64,000 bases of DNA, taken from positions 8,766 through 72,765 of the forward strand of contig CAZBFO010000003.1 in assembly GCA_964491475.1 (NCBI GenBank). Reading direction: 5' to 3'. Origin of the DNA: an uncultured Gammaproteobacteria bacterium. GTDB taxonomy: Bacteria; Patescibacteriota; Patescibacteriia; SG8-24. Every line of letters starts with the position of its first letter. Within the stretch, counting starts at the first letter, position 1. Below, in pieces: positions 21,301 through 29,510 of this stretch. Made by a program: the position numbers and the translations under genes. The notes below the pieces were generated by a model, which saw only the letters and a list, made by a program, of their open reading frames with translations, had not been told where the DNA came from and did no database searches.

Positions 21301-23155
21301 CAACGGCGACAACGTTTCCTGCGTCTCCAATTCGGATTGCGTGGGATCCTGCGGCCACTTCTGCCCGACAGTCGAGCAGAAGCAGCGCCACTCCTGCAAC
21401 CCCAACAATCCGGCGACCATCGCCGATGACGCCACGGCATGCACCTGGTCCGCTTGGACCTGCACGTCGCCCGGCACCTGCGGCAACGGCAAGAAGGAAA
21501 CCGGAGAGCAGTGCGATGACGGCAATACCGACAATACCGATTCTTGCATCATCGACACGTCGCTCAACTACACCTGCAAGGCTTCCATCTGCGGCGACGG
21601 CTACGTAAATCCGGGTGCCGGCGAAGAGTGCGATACCGGTTCGAGCAACGGACGGCCGTGCATTCCCAAATACGGCATCACTTGCAACTACTGCAACGGC
21701 AATTGCCGTGTCGCCACCGTTTCCGGCGCCTACTGCGGCGACAATGCCATACAGGACTCCACCACCGTGCCCGTCGGTCCGGAACAATGCGACGGCGTAA
21801 AGGGACTGGGTGACGATTGGGTGTGCGTGTCCAACAAGGAAGAGAACCGGTCGTTCGGGCTCATCACTGGTCCCGGCGGCTGCTCGAACCAGACCTGCCA
21901 GCGTGCCTGTGCCGACCCAAACTCTTCGGCATGCAACAACACGGGCGGCAACACCGACAGCGATCAGTGCCCTCCTGGGGCCGCGAAGTCGTGGTGCGAT
22001 TCGCGCAAGGCATTGTCGGACAAGGCGTACACTTCCGTCAGCAGCTCATTCAACCTCACGTTCCTCAAGAGCAACACGACGCCGGCGGGGCTCAACGACA
22101 GCTGCGATCCCGACGACGACAATGACGGCGTGCCCGACAGCCTCGATTGCGACCCCAAGAACGCCAACGCCCATCCCTCCTACCAGATTCCCCCTCACGA
22201 CGGATTGGGCGCGGTGCTCATTCCTGCGGCACCCGAAGTCTGCGACGGCATCGACAATGACTGTGACGGAAAGATTGACAACCTGTTGAGTTTAAGCGGT
22301 CAGATGGTCGACGCGCAGACCGACAAGAAGCTGCCGGGCGCGTCCATCCAGTTCTTCTGCGGACCGAACCTGGTGTACGAGTTTCAGGACAACCAGATTG
22401 ACGGGAACGGAAACTTCAACGTCAACAATGCCGCCATCGACTCATCGCTTTGCGCGGGCGTCACGCAAATCGACTACAAGATCGTGTATGGCGGCGGCTT
22501 GTGCGGCGACGCCGGCGGAAGCTTCCCGTACACCCCAGGCGGTTGCTACGGCTGGATACTTCCCAAGCGATACGTCACCAAGAAGCCCGCTCCGGGCGAT
22601 GTTCGTGCCATTCTTACCTGGGGCGCGAACCCCCGAGACGTCGACTTCCACCTGTTTGCCAACCATGATAAGCCGAACAATCATTTGTGGTTCAGCGCCG
22701 GGGGAGGCAACGGTTCAAACATCAGGGCGCAAGTCAACGACGATGCAGGCTTATATACGCTGGACCACGATAGCACGACCGGCCTCGGTCCCGAGACCAT
22801 CTCGCTGCATCCTAAAGACACCTCGACGATTTACCGATTCGTCGCGCATCGATTCAGCGGCTCGGGTGACCTGCTGGCAAGCCCCATTCGAATCATCGCT
22901 TACGCCGTAAGCAAGCTCGACAACTCTTGCATGGAAAGCGTGTGGAACGCGCCGATCTATACGGGTTACAACCCCGTTTCCGACGATGTCTGCGTCTTCC
23001 AAGTACAGGGGGACAAGGTCGGCAACTGGGCAGGGCATGCTGACTGGCCCTTCTTCGCCTGTCCGCACGACACCACTCACAACATGCTGTTCATCAAGCC
23101 TGGCACGAACGGCAACGACGATACGGACGGTGACGCGCCCAAGTTCGACTACTAG
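12350..23155 (+). CDS. Giant (3601 aa) pilin-fused Cys-rich surface protein/adhesin
   Basis: VirB2-like module; Big_5-like and IPT/TIG repeats (ITIKGTGFG, WSDTQVIVIVP); Myxococcus-type CGNG..EECDDG repeats; DxDxDG; EVCDGIDNDCDG; C-terminal LTWG..DVDFH..GPETI (YfaP/DUF2135-like). Confidence 0.88.
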   Translation: MTAMTTFVKTTLKKIRNASAAIAVAFLALPVAVYAAGPDLGLSYATATGLTTTDIRTVIARIISYFLGLLGLIALLLILYAGFTWMTAGGNEEKVSQAKRILTQAVIGLVIIMSAFAITQFVIGAITEGTLGGNTSNSGCTTPGGCCPAGQICSGLSGGGGFNVTGITPAGAGPGNGGWPKNSSLSVNFNANVNMASATSTNVQVFKCNPRLVNGAASPFNYNSCNTPVAGTITAGGSGNRIDFQPTGTPGPNPTDFEADFWYKISVQGQAVTSQAGDPLQCPLFTSDISLPTALNSYCARAVAFNDKRDTQPPTVTIGSPVSPPPYCASSSGGSLVQVIATGNDDFMVAGVDYLLDGGSSGLTDVRGVPLSSSVNNAAALPFNSADIYADIGKLAPGMHSVSAVARDGVPQMSSTAQTQFKVNAPHCCNNVLDTAQGETGKDCGGECGSCVGGSCTATADCAAGAVCVSGKCVTQPTITSINTYSAGPGTYITIKGTGFGTIAGTVTFLGAAGDGDDKIAQACAANQGWSDTQVIVIVPAGAVDGPIKLAASTGFDATNDANGPQLPDFKITTATAPGICYLDPASGAAGTKFAINGAGFGATIGTSFVQVGSTQATVVTCGTGDTDCGWSDSRIWVTTPPIAEGDYPVTATVNGTLSNPSTYVIRPADPLARPTVTGVIPESGPVGTYVTIQGLHFGTRKGVVKFLYGSGLTAEVALSDDPVCSDNWHDNYIIVKVPAKYKSTLPVNASNAGVSHGIQVETSTPTQISNNNISFGVNLDPLRPGICSLKPDNGPAASNVTVNGEGFNGGGQTPSSPGAASSPRFSLEFYKTVGKHCLYSPATACDALALGTACPTSGQGVCVPNTLPAPLFRSWSDTTIEGVVAGITTDKATWPKTGPVYVIANNQLSANAVPFTVQDCNQAGITCPVGNQCCSNGACQTSCVPAAKTSAYGWQFSTSVLPALPYVIERAQCDIDAKLFQSPSPAHDSQDACKNAQAYFEFSRPLDTSTISNSTVKADKCGTGDTPDCTTPVSVAMTIGQSSFTGCDALNPANCTGFQTQPSPGYNGGFWEKKAWYRVTLVSNPATGIGLREPGPTGKFLDGDLDKKQGGNYVTMFRVRDSDDPCQIANVLVAASRQLIADDQNPIGFNANPIAANCNVLTCDDNQYNISWIAVPAYLTTNIAPMSQPTSQCTRKALALKETPPGLTTPFTATMSSKPSGPPKSGQSDVTVKFADPKVIAVSPTNGCTQACINAAITATFNVPMNAASLSASNVQVQICRNDTCAPPYLPLPNGFTYTTSLSPDGFKLTVNKSMDFAVNTSYIVRILGDNPATPAIEGAYSLSGVPLSGLNDGQSFSWKFRTKNDPSRCAVASTKLEPKSAILRFVGDREDLTGTGYGSADACNPDGQELDTSTTNWLWTFDNPNLVLQGFVHGDDLAGPYQFWKPEVKATQSTVVDTKPHPVLGCSSSCLYSGSQDSLPACGDGIVDSKFEACDLGPANGTGPCNKNCTWRGNTAANGCGDGNVDPTKGEECDMISGVFPPGCKKPDVVDPNGIFATNIGCIMTGASTVPGTQCGNGLIGDGEECDDGSLSNGDGCNSDCLLEGSRPSCVIDPTNPQCIGVCGNGKLEPGEDPDCEKAGVSPSTLNCSPHTCLKNGTSACGTPNDLNCCGNGKADPGEDPACDTVNGIPLYCTTRCLLKGSSAFYDKPSFCGDGYKGAGEVASCEPTGNGDGNTDGYQATVANTQPGFDATNPAGSMSTVKGSIAGVSDAKSGRSQITLSCTCKNEPVNSQDTFCANLRPDLACADNGCCMPRPTVERVEPTTFNSCRNALVTMVFSEVMDDSSVTKNFMIGFGNGNDACPQGTVEVPAAYVPQSFWVRLWQGMVNFLKDTFIRPVFGVSGNDAGYDQQKFCSVKGNAIMFVDGTGPTKKSVLTFTPSHAYPTDKYMRIRLNAGAKSARGVPLSITNTSGAGGYTAYFGTGSTICAVQKVTVNPPSILLSSVDDQQVVMANAVAAGGQAIAPTPEYAWGWSWDTYPSQPVSTAAPLVITPRVSNITACSLGAKCTAAGGCPCYIDSGSALCTVAGGADSCTGTVTETLPIADLRVRGSKAADGAYSPKNSKGQLPINAKAVIANECVLPSVCTSPSGCNCGVGPSSCTVINGATSCAVLSGSGVSVISSQTTTGTGSAVVMLCKHPWPNYHACVGQGCYTDIWEPYSPLEFPGVAFYYCRDLGKTGATSMAPGQPVADAAGGTKPAKSALLAGSTAPATTLPCLKETPASVAAPVPGILREYLFTYESNLSNCPDGPQSAGAPWLNDAFGLRVSSNEKHVSIGDWYFGRGFRGNPTPKAVDGYGALSEGRTTYVSAAFRKASSQKLYTNSYILSYSDNSAPETSAIYDQILANVDFNADPDLQNFGACRLGPSRTDAMVLCTVDNDCRVDSFGRPVPGREQYKCDAATHTGCVTDKNVAAPDAGNPVACGTDYDCLVGAGGTSLNRPATVTCDVPKAKLTRDVKRWSDLLSLRDSLVAKATETGSFPKLDAGTFLRAQTNSTWPSWGDAFAKGVGGTVPNDPVNQHAVCAGPNQPYDPKTCWDANRRQYVCPQGSHVYEYQSFGGVDFWLRNDFEYDVLGDSWAGGTCLDKTDLASCIADPMCGGTCSNNKAQSCTDSGDCNGGTCQVPCNFRLGKVIFGAGNSASCQGVPISPTSGGSCGDGILQDNQSDPAKNEVCEIRMTQSQACNSDPAKLVQKQGAYTQTCNSQCNGWVTQGVCTASSQRAGFICVTSADCGTGGSCITWTDFRCNGEAGNAKNGAACVKDSDCTDGAKKGVCASACQGGRCGDGAVQAPEQCDDGALNGTYGHCKADCTAVGFSCGDSLRQPNEACDCGGANGQYAFNGIKAAASNTNAPNQCLQNPAGFNVYSCSWDCSGAGPRCGDGIVNGTAEKCDGGFEEFKGFCNDAAQTGCNATANCPAIGTCVGGKCSNGDNVSCVSNSDCVGSCGHFCPTVEQKQRHSCNPNNPATIADDATACTWSAWTCTSPGTCGNGKKETGEQCDDGNTDNTDSCIIDTSLNYTCKASICGDGYVNPGAGEECDTGSSNGRPCIPKYGITCNYCNGNCRVATVSGAYCGDNAIQDSTTVPVGPEQCDGVKGLGDDWVCVSNKEENRSFGLITGPGGCSNQTCQRACADPNSSACNNTGGNTDSDQCPPGAAKSWCDSRKALSDKAYTSVSSSFNLTFLKSNTTPAGLNDSCDPDDDNDGVPDSLDCDPKNANAHPSYQIPPHDGLGAVLIPAAPEVCDGIDNDCDGKIDNLLSLSGQMVDAQTDKKLPGASIQFFCGPNLVYEFQDNQIDGNGNFNVNNAAIDSSLCAGVTQIDYKIVYGGGLCGDAGGSFPYTPGGCYGWILPKRYVTKKPAPGDVRAILTWGANPRDVDFHLFANHDKPNNHLWFSAGGGNGSNIRAQVNDDAGLYTLDHDSTTGLGPETISLHPKDTSTIYRFVAHRFSGSGDLLASPIRIIAYAVSKLDNSCMESVWNAPIYTGYNPVSDDVCVFQVQGDKVGNWAGHADWPFFACPHDTTHNMLFIKPGTNGNDDTDGDAPKFDY

Positions 23156-23181
23156 CCCGCCGCCGGCATTACCTCCAAAGT

Positions 23182-23700
23182 ATGGATTACGAAAACGCAT
23201 ACGACGACGGCGGCAAGCGGCGGACGACGATCATCGCGATCGTCGTCGTCGCCGTAGTGTTGGCGGGCATCGGGGTCATCGTCGCCCTTGTTTTGCGCAA
23301 CAGGTCGGCAGCCGGCGTTTCGTCGTCTTCAGTCGGAAACGGGGGGGCGACGCAGGGGGCCAAGGTGCCCGATGCAAGCTTTCAATACCAGCAGGTTTCC
23401 GACCCTGCTGCGGCAGTGGGCGGCACGGCGGTGAACGCCAATTCGCCGACAAAAGGCGAAACGCCCCAACCGGGCGTCGATCGCCTTTTGACCGACGAAG
23501 AAAAAAAGAACTACGGTTACCCGGTGGAGTGGAGGGTACGCATGCGAACGACAAAAGGAAGCCTCGGTCTTCAGACCGAAATCATCGTCGAAGACAAGGG
23601 TAACTGGAAATTGCCGGTTGGTAACAAAGAAAAAATCGAGGAGCCGGCTTCGGAACCCGCTCCCGTCGCTGCTCCGACGGCAGCGCCAAAGACGCAATAA
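23182..23700 (+). CDS. Single-TM hypothetical protein
   Basis: N-terminal hydrophobic helix; LTDEEKKNYGYP motif; 26 nt after the giant gene. Confidence 0.7.
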   Translation: MDYENAYDDGGKRRTTIIAIVVVAVVLAGIGVIVALVLRNRSAAGVSSSSVGNGGATQGAKVPDASFQYQQVSDPAAAVGGTAVNANSPTKGETPQPGVDRLLTDEEKKNYGYPVEWRVRMRTTKGSLGLQTEIIVEDKGNWKLPVGNKEKIEEPASEPAPVAAPTAAPKTQ

Positions 23701-23741
23701 TGGCCAAACCGCTGGGCGGTGGATAAGCTGAAGCAGACGGT

Positions 23742-23771
23742 GCAAAACCCCTCTGAAAAGAGGGTTTTTGC
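23742..23771 (+). terminator. Intrinsic terminator
   Basis: AAAACCCTCT-GAAA-AGAGGGTTTT. Confidence 0.65.
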
Positions 23772-23882
23772 GTTTTTGGCGAGAGTCAGGCATTTCCCTA
23801 GAGGCACCGCCTTAAATGTGCTATACTCCTAAGTGGAATGGTGCGCAGGTACGTCTGCGTCTAAATCGGCGATACTTGGCGT

Positions 23883-24587
23883 ATGTTCGACGAAAAGAAC
23901 GAACCCGTAGACATCTTGGCGGACGTGGATAAGGTCGTGCCCATGACACCCATGTCTGCGGCGGCGCCTTCGCCCGAAGCTCGGGTCGTGCGTCGCGGAC
24001 CATCCGTTCTGCTGTTGTTCATCATTTTGGCCGCGCTCGGCGGACTGGGCACGGGCGGTTATTTCCTTTTCCGCAGCAAACCGGCAGAGACGCCGTCTGT
24101 GCCTGCCACCGTAATGGAGGATAAAACCGGCACTTCCGCGCAAAATGCTCACGCTACCCCCGCGCCTGCACAGGTCCCCACCCCAGCGGAGAATGCCCAG
24201 CCCGCTCCCGTACCGGTCACACAGCCCCCTGCGAACGTTCCGGTTCCGGCTTCAGGCTCGGGCACCAATGCCAACGCCAATGTTCCTCCGGCCAATGAGC
24301 CGCAACCCACGCAGCCGGTACAGCCTCCCGAACAAGTCCAGAAGCCGCCTGATTCCGACGGCGACGGCTTGAGCGATGCCGAAGAAGTGCAGCTCGGCAC
24401 GAATCCGCAAGCCGTCGATACGGATAGCGACGGCCTGACGGATTTCGATGAGGTCAAGATTTACGGAACCGATCCAAAGAACCCCGATACCGACGGAGAC
24501 GGTTATCTCGACGGCGCAGAGGTCAAGGGCGGATACAATCCGAAAGGACAAGGGAAGTTATTCCAAGTGCCTGCTTCTCCGAAGTAG
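23883..24587 (+). CDS. Membrane-anchored protein with Pro-rich stalk and DxDxDG Ca-binding repeats
   Basis: TM, Pro/Ala/Gln linker, [44 protein letters not shown]. Confidence 0.85.
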   Translation: MFDEKNEPVDILADVDKVVPMTPMSAAAPSPEARVVRRGPSVLLLFIILAALGGLGTGGYFLFRSKPAETPSVPATVMEDKTGTSAQNAHATPAPAQVPTPAENAQPAPVPVTQPPANVPVPASGSGTNANANVPPANEPQPTQPVQPPEQVQKPPDSDGDGLSDAEEVQLGTNPQAVDTDSDGLTDFDEVKIYGTDPKNPDTDGDGYLDGAEVKGGYNPKGQGKLFQVPASPK

Positions 24588-24602
24588 GAAACCAGGAATC
24601 GT

Positions 24603-25718
24603 ATGGCCGAGAACCCGAATGAACTCACAAAACCTGCAGGTGCCGCACCAGGCGGTGACGAGCCGGTGATTCACATCATCCCGGAGAAGTTTTACGGTGC
24701 CGCCCTTCGCAAGAAATTGCCCAAGGCGCAGCCGGCTCCGGCCGCAGCGTCCCAACCGCAGCAGCAGGCCGCTCCCAAGAAGCAGGGGAAGACCGGGCTT
24801 TTGATCGCCATCGGCGTGCTGGTGCTTTTGATCGGCTCTGCCGGCGCCTATTTCTTGCTTGGCAGCAAGAAGACGGCCCCGCCGCCTGCTCCGGTGAACA
24901 CCGCCCCTCCTGCCCCGGTCTGCGGCGACGCCAAGTGCGATGCGCCGTCCGAGACTTACGAGAACTGCAAGGCCGACTGCCCTCCGCCACCTCCGGTGTG
25001 CGGTGATCGCCAGTGCGATGCGGCCACCGAAAACTACAACACCTGCCCCGCCGACTGCCCGCCTCCTGCTCCGGTCTGCGGCGACGCCAAGTGCGAGGAG
25101 CCGACGGAATCGGTCACGTCGTGCCCTGAAGACTGCAAGAAGCCCGAACCCACTGCCGGTGCCGACGCCGACGCCGACGGCCTGACGGACGAAGAAGAGT
25201 CCCAGCTGTATCACACCAATCCCAACGATCCCGAAACCGACAAAGACAGCTTCCTCGACAACAACGAAGTGCTGAAGCTGTTCGATCCGGCCAAACCGAC
25301 GCCGGCAATGCTCCGCGACAACCCCGGCATCGCCATCTACGCAAACGCCGAACAGCACTATGAGGTCTTCCGGCCGGCCAACTGGACGGTGAAGGAAGAT
25401 GACGCCTCCATGAAGACCGTGTTCTTCAACGCTCCCAGCGGCGAGACGGTCACCATCCTGATTTCGGACAAGCAGCCCGGCCAGACGATCATGGATTGGT
25501 ACTTGGCCCACACGCCAGGCGTCACCAGCTCGCAGGTCACCATGTATAACACGCGCCAGGGCTACGATGCCATCATCAGTCCCGACCAGTTCGCCCATTA
25601 CGTCGATTTGGGCAACGGTCATGTGGCTTCCGTGACCTACGGTCTCGGTACCCGCCTGCAGGTGCAGTACAAAGTCACCTTCCAAATGATGGTGCAGAGC
25701 CTGCGGAAGACGCAGTAA
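24603..25718 (+). CDS. Membrane-anchored protein with three Cys-rich repeats, DxDxDG repeats and PsbP-like C-terminal domain
   Basis: Three PVCGD..C....E....C..DC repeats; DADADGLTDEEE; YEVFRPANW...FQMMVQSLR. Confidence 0.8.
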   Translation: MAENPNELTKPAGAAPGGDEPVIHIIPEKFYGAALRKKLPKAQPAPAAASQPQQQAAPKKQGKTGLLIAIGVLVLLIGSAGAYFLLGSKKTAPPPAPVNTAPPAPVCGDAKCDAPSETYENCKADCPPPPPVCGDRQCDAATENYNTCPADCPPPAPVCGDAKCEEPTESVTSCPEDCKKPEPTAGADADADGLTDEEESQLYHTNPNDPETDKDSFLDNNEVLKLFDPAKPTPAMLRDNPGIAIYANAEQHYEVFRPANWTVKEDDASMKTVFFNAPSGETVTILISDKQPGQTIMDWYLAHTPGVTSSQVTMYNTRQGYDAIISPDQFAHYVDLGNGHVASVTYGLGTRLQVQYKVTFQMMVQSLRKTQ

Positions 25719-25799
25719 GGCCAGGAGCCGGGGTCCGCCCCGGCTTTTGTCAATCCCGACGCTTCATCTTTTGGCGACGCCGCTGTACAATGTCCCTGT

Positions 25800-26249
25800 A
25801 TGGTCACCGTCGAATGCATCGGAAAACTGCCTGCGGGATTCACCAAATCGAAGGTGGTCGAGCTGGTTGCGGTCAGCTGCAAAAGGGCTGGCTTCCGCGG
25901 CAACGCTTCCGTCGGCATCCGCATCGTGGATGACCGCGCCATTCGCTCGCTGAACCGGACGCATCGCGGCAAGGATAAGGTCACCGACGTCCTGTCGTTC
26001 TCTGCCACCGAAGGACTGCCCGAAGTCATGGCCTCGGCGGCTAAAGGGGAGCTGGGCGACATCGTCATCGACTTGCCGCAGGTGCGGCGCCAGGCCAAGG
26101 CCATCGGCCGTTCGCCAAAAGACGAGTTCGCGCTGATGGTCGTCCACGGCACCCTGCATCTTCTCGGTTTCGATCACGAGTCCCTCAAGGACGAGGCAAA
26201 AATGTTCGCACTGCAGCACGACATTCTCATCCGCGCCGGCATCCTCTGA
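25800..26249 (+). CDS. ybeY: rRNA maturation endoribonuclease YbeY
   Basis: LNRTHRGKDKVTDVLSF, LGDIVI, HGTLHLLGFDH. Confidence 0.96.
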   Translation: MVTVECIGKLPAGFTKSKVVELVAVSCKRAGFRGNASVGIRIVDDRAIRSLNRTHRGKDKVTDVLSFSATEGLPEVMASAAKGELGDIVIDLPQVRRQAKAIGRSPKDEFALMVVHGTLHLLGFDHESLKDEAKMFALQHDILIRAGIL

Positions 26250-26258
26250 CCGCTGACC

Positions 26259-26651
26259 ATGACGCCCATGTCCATGTTCGACCTCAACAACTTCGGCAAG
26301 AGCCTCTCGTATGCCTATAAGGGCATCCGCAGGGTCGCCAAGGAGGAACAGAGCTTTCGCATTCAGCTGGTGGTTGCGGCCGTCGTGGTGGCTTTCATGT
26401 TCGCCTTCGGCCTTCGGACTGCGGAAAAAGCCCTATTGACGATGGCCATAGTCCTTGTGTTAGTGCTCGAATTGCTCAACAGCATCTTTGAGCGGATGGT
26501 GGATATCCTCAAGCCCCGAATCCATCATTATGTCGAAGACATCAAGGATATTATGGCCGGAACGGTGCTGGTGGCCTCTCTGGGAGCCCTGCTTATCGGC
26601 TGCTTGATTTTTTGGCCCTATTTCGTCAAACTAGTAACAAGCGCTCCCTAG
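26259..26651 (+). CDS. dgkA: Diacylglycerol/undecaprenol kinase family protein
   Basis: ELLNSIFERMVD, IKDIMAG, three TM; next to ybeY. Confidence 0.88.
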   Translation: MTPMSMFDLNNFGKSLSYAYKGIRRVAKEEQSFRIQLVVAAVVVAFMFAFGLRTAEKALLTMAIVLVLVLELLNSIFERMVDILKPRIHHYVEDIKDIMAGTVLVASLGALLIGCLIFWPYFVKLVTSAP

Positions 26652-26674
26652 GCTAAGGGGAAGCCGTTTGGCGT

Positions 26675-27928
26675 ATGGCTGAAGACGCATTGTTTACCGG
26701 CATCGACATCGGCTCGTCGTCCGTCCGCATAGCGGTCGGGCAGCGTTTGCCGTCTTCCGAAAAGGAACAGATGCACATCATCGGTGCCGCCGAAGTCGCT
26801 TCCGAAGGCATCAACAGGGGAACGATCAACTCCATCGAGGACGCGGTGTCTTCGGTTTCCGCGTGCATCGAGAAGGTCGAGCGCATGACGGGATCGCCCG
26901 TCACCAGCGCCTGGGTGTCCATTTCCGGCAATAACGTCACCCTCCTTGAGAGCAAGGGCGTCGTGGCCGTGGCCAAGTCTGACGGCGAAATCCGGGAGGA
27001 CGACGTCGAACGCGTCGTCGGCGCCGCAGAGACGGTCGCTACCCCGGTCAACTACGAAATCCTCCACGTCATTCCCAAGTCCTTTACCGTCGACGCGCAA
27101 AAAGGCATCAAGGACCCGATCGGCATGAACGGCCTGCGCCTCGAAGTCGACGCCCAGATCATCCAGGGGCTGACTTCGCACATCAAGAATCTCTCCAAGT
27201 GCGTGTATCGCACCGGCATCACCATGGAACGGCCGGTATTGGGCGTCTTGGCCGTCGCCGATGTCGTCACTGCTCCGCGGCAAAAGGAGCTGGGCGTGGC
27301 CGTCGTGAACATGGGCGGCTCAAGCACCACATTGGTGGTCTTCGAGCAGGGTGACATCCTGCACATGGCCTCCATTCCGCTCGGCTCCGATCATGTCACC
27401 TCGGACATCGCCATCGGGTTGCGCACGACCATCGACATCGCCGAGCGCGTCAAGCTGCAATACGCCGAAGCCTCGTCGTCCAACATCGGCCGTTCGGAGC
27501 AGATCAACCTGCGCGAGCTGGGCGCTGCCGACGACGAGTTGGTCGGCCGCAAGTACGTCTGCGAAATCGTGCAGGCCCGCGTCGAGGAAATCATGGAGCG
27601 CATCGAGAAGGAACTGAAGAAGATCGGACGGGCGGGAATGCTGCCCGCCGGCGTGGTGCTCACCGGCGGGGGAGCGAAGCTTTCCGGGCTGGTCGAGCTC
27701 ACCAAGAGCAAGCTCCGCCTTCCGGCCTCGCTCGGGTACCCGCTGGGCGTCACCAGCATCACCGATCGCGTCAACGATCTGGCGTTCACCACGGCAATCG
27801 GCCTGGTGCAGTGGGGAATGAACGAAGTGCCTGAAGGCCCCAAAAAGCGCGGCGGCATGAACGTCGGCAAGCAGGTCGAGGCCGTCACCGCGTCGTTCAA
27901 GAAACTCTTTGGCGGATTCAGCCGCTGA
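26675..27928 (+). CDS. ftsA: Cell division protein FtsA
   Basis: [37 protein letters not shown]. Confidence 0.96.
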   Translation: MAEDALFTGIDIGSSSVRIAVGQRLPSSEKEQMHIIGAAEVASEGINRGTINSIEDAVSSVSACIEKVERMTGSPVTSAWVSISGNNVTLLESKGVVAVAKSDGEIREDDVERVVGAAETVATPVNYEILHVIPKSFTVDAQKGIKDPIGMNGLRLEVDAQIIQGLTSHIKNLSKCVYRTGITMERPVLGVLAVADVVTAPRQKELGVAVVNMGGSSTTLVVFEQGDILHMASIPLGSDHVTSDIAIGLRTTIDIAERVKLQYAEASSSNIGRSEQINLRELGAADDELVGRKYVCEIVQARVEEIMERIEKELKKIGRAGMLPAGVVLTGGGAKLSGLVELTKSKLRLPASLGYPLGVTSITDRVNDLAFTTAIGLVQWGMNEVPEGPKKRGGMNVGKQVEAVTASFKKLFGGFSR

Positions 27929-27956
27929 AAATCATCACAAGCGATACAAGCAACCT

Positions 27957-27988
27957 AAAAAGCGGATGCCAAAACGGCTCCGCTTTTT
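27957..27988 (+). terminator. Hairpin between ftsA and ftsZ
   Basis: AAAAAGCGGA...TCCGCTTTTT. Confidence 0.5.
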
Positions 27989-28038
27989 GGTACCAGCATC
28001 AATGAACACTTTTTATGTTCAGTTAGCGGTTTTTTGCC

Positions 28039-28067
28039 TTGACGTGGGGATAACCGATGCCGTATTC
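28039..28067 (+). promoter_or_regulatory. Sigma70 promoter for ftsZ
   Basis: TTGACG-17 nt-TATTCT. Confidence 0.55.
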
Positions 28068-28139
28068 TTTATGCATACAGATGCGTTGGCAGAGGCGCGT
28101 CTCATCCCTCATCAACCATTCTTCTCACACGCACACGCT

Positions 28140-29483
28140 ATGGCCGAAGTGAAACCAGCAGTCGAGACCTTCGCGAAAATCAAAGTCATCGGTGCCGGAG
28201 GTTCCGGCGGCTCTGCCATCAATCGCATGATCCGCTCCAAGATCAAGGGAGTGGAGTTCATCGCCGCCAATACCGACGTGCAGGCGTTGAGCCACTCCAA
28301 CGCCGCCACCAAGATCCATCTCGGCAAGACGCTCACCCGCGGTCTCGGTGCCGGCATGAATCCGGAAGTCGGTCGCGCTTCGGCAGAGGAGAGCCAGAAC
28401 GAGATTCGCGACGCGCTCAAGGGTTCCGACATGGTCTTCATCACCTGCGGCCTCGGCGGCGGGACCGGCAGCGGTGCCGCTCCGGTCATCGCCGAAATCG
28501 CCCGTGACTCCGGCGCACTGACCGTCGCCGTGGTCACCAAGCCGTTCGGTTTCGAGGGCGCCCAGCGCCGTGACATCGCCGAGAAGGCCTACGCCGACCT
28601 GGCCCAGCACGTCGACACCATCATCTCGATTCCCAACGACCGCGTCCTCCAGATCATCGACAAAAAGACATCGCTGCTCGACGCCTTCGAGACGGTCGAT
28701 GACGTCCTGCGCCAGGGCGTGCAGGGCATCTCCGAGCTCATCACCGTTCCGGGCCTCATCAACGTCGACTTCGCCGACGTGCGCGCCATCATGAACAGCA
28801 CCGGCTCGGCCCTCATGGGCATCGGTCGCGCCACTGGCGAGAACCGGGCAATCGACGCCGCCAAGCAGGCGATCGCCAGCCCCTTGCTCGAAGTGGCCAT
28901 CGACGGCGCCCGCGGCATCCTCTTCACCCTCACCGGCGGCAATAACCTGTCCATGCACGAGGTGTCCGAGGCAGCCAAGGTCATCACGGCCAACGCCGAT
29001 CCGAACGCCAAGGTCATCTTCGGCGCCGTCATCGACGAAAACCTCAAGGACGAGCTCAAGGTCTGCGTCATTGCCACGGGCTTCGACAACGCCGAACGCC
29101 CCGTTGAGCGTCGCGCCGCCGATTCCGGCTTCTATACCCCGAACCGGGCCATCAAGAAGGAAGTCGTGGCTCCGGCCCCGGCTCCCGTCGTCGCCCAGTC
29201 ACGGCCCTTTTCGTCGCCCTCTCGCAAGCCCGAACCGGCTCCCGTGGCCGCAGAGCCTGCGGCTCCGGCCTATGCCGAACCGCGCAAACCCGAACCGGTC
29301 GCCAAGCCGGTGATGGAGTCGGTCGATGATGTCGTTGCCAGCCCCTTCATCCGTCGCGCCATGCCGGCCGCCCGCGAGATGCAGCCGCACTATGAGCATC
29401 ATTCCGCCCCTGCGGCCGCGAACGCCGGATCAGTCGAAGAGGACCTCGAAATTCCCGCTTTCATCCGCCGCAAGCTGGGCTAA
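28140..29483 (+). CDS. ftsZ: Cell division protein FtsZ
   Basis: [25 protein letters not shown] and C-terminal [11 protein letters not shown]; ATG at 28140. Confidence 0.98.
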   Translation: MAEVKPAVETFAKIKVIGAGGSGGSAINRMIRSKIKGVEFIAANTDVQALSHSNAATKIHLGKTLTRGLGAGMNPEVGRASAEESQNEIRDALKGSDMVFITCGLGGGTGSGAAPVIAEIARDSGALTVAVVTKPFGFEGAQRRDIAEKAYADLAQHVDTIISIPNDRVLQIIDKKTSLLDAFETVDDVLRQGVQGISELITVPGLINVDFADVRAIMNSTGSALMGIGRATGENRAIDAAKQAIASPLLEVAIDGARGILFTLTGGNNLSMHEVSEAAKVITANADPNAKVIFGAVIDENLKDELKVCVIATGFDNAERPVERRAADSGFYTPNRAIKKEVVAPAPAPVVAQSRPFSSPSRKPEPAPVAAEPAAPAYAEPRKPEPVAKPVMESVDDVVASPFIRRAMPAAREMQPHYEHHSAPAAANAGSVEEDLEIPAFIRRKLG

Positions 29484-29510
29484 AAGGCCGGCGGCACGTT
29501 CCTGCTTCCC

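Noticed and set aside
12350-23155. Giant gene as a diversity-generating retroelement target or polymorphic toxin
   Set aside because: No reverse transcriptase, no adenine-variant template repeat, and no recognisable toxin domain or immunity gene
24900-25140. Three ~66-bp repeats
   Set aside because: Coding Cys-rich protein repeats, not an array with spacers
27909-28139. 77-aa N-terminal extension of FtsZ in the ORF track
   Set aside because: The region holds a hairpin and a promoter; FtsZ homology starts at ATG 28140. Similar over-extensions were trimmed for lepB, pyk, rpmI, wzy and the 47992 gene
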